The position numbers and the translations under genes were made by a program. A DNA stretch of 64,000 nt. It comes from Mobula birostris (lineage: Eukaryota). Position 1 is the first letter of the stretch; each line of letters opens with the position of its first letter. Positions 60,263-64,000 of this stretch are shown here, piece by piece. Location: assembly GCF_030028105.1 (NCBI RefSeq), contig NC_092382.1, positions 85,770,198 through 85,834,197 of the forward strand, given 5' to 3'. A model generated the notes under the pieces. The model was given only the letters and a program-made list of their open reading frames with translations, was not told where the DNA came from and searched no databases.

Positions 60263-61354
60263 AAACACGAAGAAATTTGCAGATGCTGGAATTTCAAGCA
60301 ACACACATAAAAGTTGCTGGTGAACGCAATAGGCCAGACAGCACCTCTAGGAAGAGGTACAGTCGACGTTTCGGGCCGAGACCCTTCATCATGACTAACT
60401 GAAAGAAGAGCTAATAAGAGATTTGGAAGTGGGAGGGGGAGGGGGAGATCAGAAATGATAGAAGAAGACAGGAAGGGGAGGGATGGAGTCAAGAGCTGGA
60501 CAGTTCATTGGCAAAAGGGATATGAGAGGATCATGGGACAGGAGTCACAGGGAGAAAGAAAGGGGGACGGGGGGGGGGGTTGGAACCAGGAGGATGGGGA
60601 AGGAGTATAGTCAGAGGAACAGAGGGAGAAAAAGTAGAGAGAGAAAAAGAATGTGAGTATACAAATAAATAAATAACGGATGGGGTACGGGGAGGGGAGG
60701 TGGGGCATTAGCGGAAGTTAGAGAAGTCAATGTTCATGCCATCAGATTGGAGGCTATCCAGACGGAATATAAGGTGTTGTTCCTCCAACCTGAGTGTGGC
60801 TTCGTCTTGACAGTAGAGGAGACCGTGGATAGACATATCAGAATGGGAATGGGACATGGAATTAAAATGTGTGGCCACTGGGTGATCCTGCTTTCTCTGG
60901 GGGACAGTGGGTAGGTGTTCATTGAAACGGTCTTCCAGTCTGCGTCGGGTCTCGCCAATATATAGAAGGCTGTATCGGGAGCACCGGACGCAGTATATCA
61001 TCCCAGCCGACTCACAGGTGAAGTGTTGCCTGACCTGGAAGGACTGTCTGGGGCCCTGAATGGCGGTAAGGGAGGAAGTGTAAGGGCATGTGTAGCACTT
61101 GTTCCGCTTACAAGGATAAGTGCCAGGAGGGAGATCAGTGGGGAGGGATGGGGGGTACGAATGGACAAGGAAGTCGCGTAGGGAGCGATCCCTGCGGAAA
61201 GCAGAGAGAGGGGGGAGGGAAAGATGCACTTAGTGGTGGGATCCCGTTGGAGGTGGCGGAACTTACGGAGAATTATATTTTGGACCCGGAGGCTGGTGGG
61301 GTGGTAGGTAAAGACCAGGGGAGTCCTATTCCTAGTGAGGTGGCGGGAGGATGG
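60263..61354 (-). mobile_element. Penelope-like element 3' part (GIY-YIG endonuclease and terminal repeat)
   Basis: FTCESAGMIYCVRCSR...LYIGETRRRLEDRFNEH...RLEEQHLIFRL. ATCTGC duplicated at 60257-60262 and 61355-61360. Confidence 0.9.
60361..60396 (-). ncRNA. Minimal type-I hammerhead ribozyme motif (core C3 changed to A)
   Basis: Minus strand reads agtc-ATGATGA-a-gggtctcggccc-GAAA-cGTC-gact, with stems I and II and a palindromic ACGT stem III. Confidence 0.65.
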
Positions 61355-62249
61355 ATCTGCGATGGCCGACTGAATCCCTTCCAAAGTGAGAGCCAGTGAA
61401 TGACGTCTCGCTGCTATCAACGTCATGGCAATGTATCCAATCAGATCACGGACATGGACACGTGATCGGGCTCTCCTTGTAGCGAGTGGGGCGCTGTCTT
61501 CTCCAGCATCTCCGCCTCCACATTCAAGGATCGGCGGCATTCAAGCGCTGGTGAACTGACAGATACAGCGGAACGAACGTGCTGTTGTGTTTGAGATTCC
61601 TATACACAAATCCTTTGACTCTTACACTGTTAAATGTTTACAAAGCACGTCAGTGGGTGAAGGACAACATTTCAACTCCGACAATTTTAGCCTCCATGGT
61701 TTCTTGTGATAGAAACACTGTCAGAGTTCAAAACAATTTTGAGGAACAAGACTTCATCTTCTAAGTGGCTTCAGTTCCGGCATCAGGCACAATATCAAAC
61801 TCTCTGCTTCCCTCTCTGTATCAAAATGGGTCATTCCTCCCCTTCATCAGTCTGTGACTTGGCTCAGTTTGTCTGTCTCCTTCGCATTCTGAGCATGCGC
61901 CACACACCCACTACGATCACGTTTTATTGACATGGCTGCGACTAGAGACTTTCTGATTATTATGTCCCTCCTGGCATTTGACGGTAGTGATGGGTTTCAT
62001 TGCTGGGATCAGCATACCGTCACTGTGGTCTGTGAGGATTTTGTGAATAAAGCGTCATTCTCCAATTTAGAATCTCAAGCCGTGGCGAAAGCCTATCGTT
62101 TGTATATGTAAATTGTATTTATGGCATTGTGATAACCAGATCCTATCGCCCTCCACGACCTCTCTATCTAGTCCTTTCAATATTCCACTTCTAAGAAACG
62201 TTGCCAACACAGACCCGTAAGGAAAGGCAGGAGATGAGGTTTAATCACA

Positions 62250-64000
62250 GCCAGTGGGATGATTTACAGGGTAATAGAGGCGTGGTGCGGATAATACAGT
62301 AAATACTGGACTGAGAGTGTTGGATTTGAATGCACGCTGCATAACTAATAAAATGGACGATCTTGAAATTCAGCTACAGGTTGGCAAATATGACGTTCTG
62401 ACCCACTCTGAAACTTGTCTAAAGGATAGCTGCCACTGCGAGCTGAACGCCCAAGGATATACGGTATATCAGAAAGGTAGGTTAGTAGACAAATAATGCT
62501 GCAAGGCCCTGTGTACAAGGTAGGTAGGTGGTTGGCTCTCGGGGTCCGAGGAAGACAAGACATTGTGCAGTCATCTATGGATATTCATGTGGCTTCGGAG
62601 GCGGAAGGCCGAAGCACACCTGCGGTTGCAGGTTGGGCATGGAATGGCGGTTGTTGAACGGGTGCAGACACAGCTTTGTGGCGTCGGTCTCCTGCTGCTG
62701 CAAGGCGCTGATTTCGGTCATCCTCAAAGTCAAATGCAGCCTTTCTGGTCAGGGTGCGCCACGCAGCCCTGTCGGCAGCGGACTCCTCAAATTGTCGAGT
62801 TGTCGTTGTACGATTTAATCTTAAATCATTGGAAATAGATGATATCGGATCGGAAGGAGTAGAGCCTCTATGGGTTGAATTAAGAAATGGCAAGGGTAAA
62901 AGGACACTAATGACAGTTGTGTACAGGCCTACTAACAGCAGCCGGGATGTGGATTACAAATTTGGCAAGAGATAGAAAAGGCGTGTCAGAAAAATAATGT
63001 CATGATAATCTTTGGGGATGTTAACAAGAAAGTGGATTGGGAAAACAAGGTCAGTACTGGACCTGAAGAGACAGAATTTCTTGACTGTCTAAAGGATGTT
63101 TTTTTTAGCATTGTCTGTTGTTGAACCCACCAGGAGATCGGCTCTGTTGGATTGGGTGTTGTACAATGATCTGGAGGTGATGAGAGCGTAAGGTCAACGA
63201 ACACTTGGGGAACAGTGATCACAATATGATCGAGTTCACATTGAAATTTGAGAGGGAAAAATAAAATCCAATGTCTCGGTATTTCAGTGGAATAAAGGAA
63301 ATTACAATGGCATGAGAGGGGAACTGGACGAAGTTGACTGGAAAGGGACATTTGCAGGAAGAACAACAGTGCAGCAATGGCTGGAGATTCTGCAAAAAAT
63401 GAGTGAAATGCAAGTCAGATTTTTTTTCCAAATAAGAAGAAATTTTCAAAGGGAAGAAGGACACTACCGTGGCTGACAAGTGAAGTCAGAGCCAAAGTAA
63501 AAGCAAAAGAGATGGCATACAAGGAAGCCAGAGCTAGTGGAAAGATAGAGGATTGGAGAGCTTTTAAAAACTTGCAGAAGAAATCTAGGAAGGTCATTTG
63601 GAAGGAAAAGAAGAATTGTGAGAGGAAACATCAAAGAAGATACTGAAATCTTTTTTAAGTATATAAAGAGTAAAAAAAAAAGAGTCAAGGTTAGATATAG
63701 GACCAATACAAAATGACGCTGGAGATATTGTAATGAGAGATGCAGAGATGGCAGTGGAACTGAATGAGTTGTTTGCATCAGTCTTCACAGTGGAAGACAT
63801 CTGCAGTATATCAGTCATTCAAGAGTGTCAGGGAAGTGAAGTTTGTGCAGTGAAAATTACGACTTAGAGGATGCTCAGGAAGCTTAATGGTCTGAATGCG
63901 TATCAATCTCCTGGACCTGATGGAATGCACCCTCGGGTTCTGAAGGAAGTAACTGGGGAGATAGTGGAGGCATTAGCGATGATCTTTCAAGACACGATAG
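62250..64000 (+). mobile_element. Degraded CR1 ORF2 (EN and linker), continues past the window
   Basis: LWVELRNGKG...VYRP, SDHNMI, SPGPDGMHPRVL. Confidence 0.85.
62540..62790 (-). mobile_element. RTE-like LINE 3' fragment nested in CR1
   Basis: AADRAAWRTLTRKAAFDFEDDR...RRHK, followed by a Cys/His terminal remnant. Confidence 0.6.

Larger units (their letters stand above)
59800..61690 (-). pseudogene. Decayed fourth ZNF paralogue (ZNF-D), disrupted by Penelope
   Basis: 3' block cagatccagaatattaaac matches the ZNF-B/C 3' end. HQQLRTGKRPFT remnant at about 60210-60260. Acceptor region (tttacaaa...tcagtgggtgaaggacaacatttca) at 61626-61675 matches A, B and C. Confidence 0.7.

Noticed and set aside
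1-64000. Prokaryotic-type systems, rRNA or tRNA genes
   Set aside because: No operon-like gene density and no recognisable rRNA or tRNA. All identifiable coding sequence is ZNF or TE.

Overview
Eukaryotic, transposon-saturated vertebrate DNA. The CR1, Penelope, Rex1 and L1 repertoire and the finger-only C2H2 genes suggest a cartilaginous fish such as a ray; this is inference, not a database result. The window is a cluster of four paralogous C2H2 zinc-finger units with no KRAB, SCAN or BTB domain: ZNF-A (-, 1-957, runs off the window), ZNF-B (+, CDS 25914-26717), ZNF-C (-, CDS 50265-51119) and a decayed ZNF-D (-, about 59.8-61.7 kb). Whole gene units were duplicated together with their introns and TE cargo. 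About 20.7-36.4 kb and about 40.4-58.3 kb form a large inverted repeat around a ~4-kb spacer, and 1-5.07 kb is a direct paralogue of about 50.5-59.1 kb. A CpG-rich, probably bidirectional promoter lies at about 4.75-5.8 kb. The rest is nested mobile DNA: a Gmr1-type Ty3/Gypsy element with integrase upstream of RT, a ~7-kb fragmented L1 flanked by a 57-bp direct repeat, an IR/DR DD34E Tc1, a Chapaev3-like transposon, Penelope pieces with minimal hammerhead-ribozyme motifs and fold-back derivatives, several solo LTRs (one with a 32-bp minisatellite homogenised differently in the two arms), and many CR1, Rex1, RTE and SINE fragments. Coordinates and similarity statements were read by eye, and TE boundaries are approximate.
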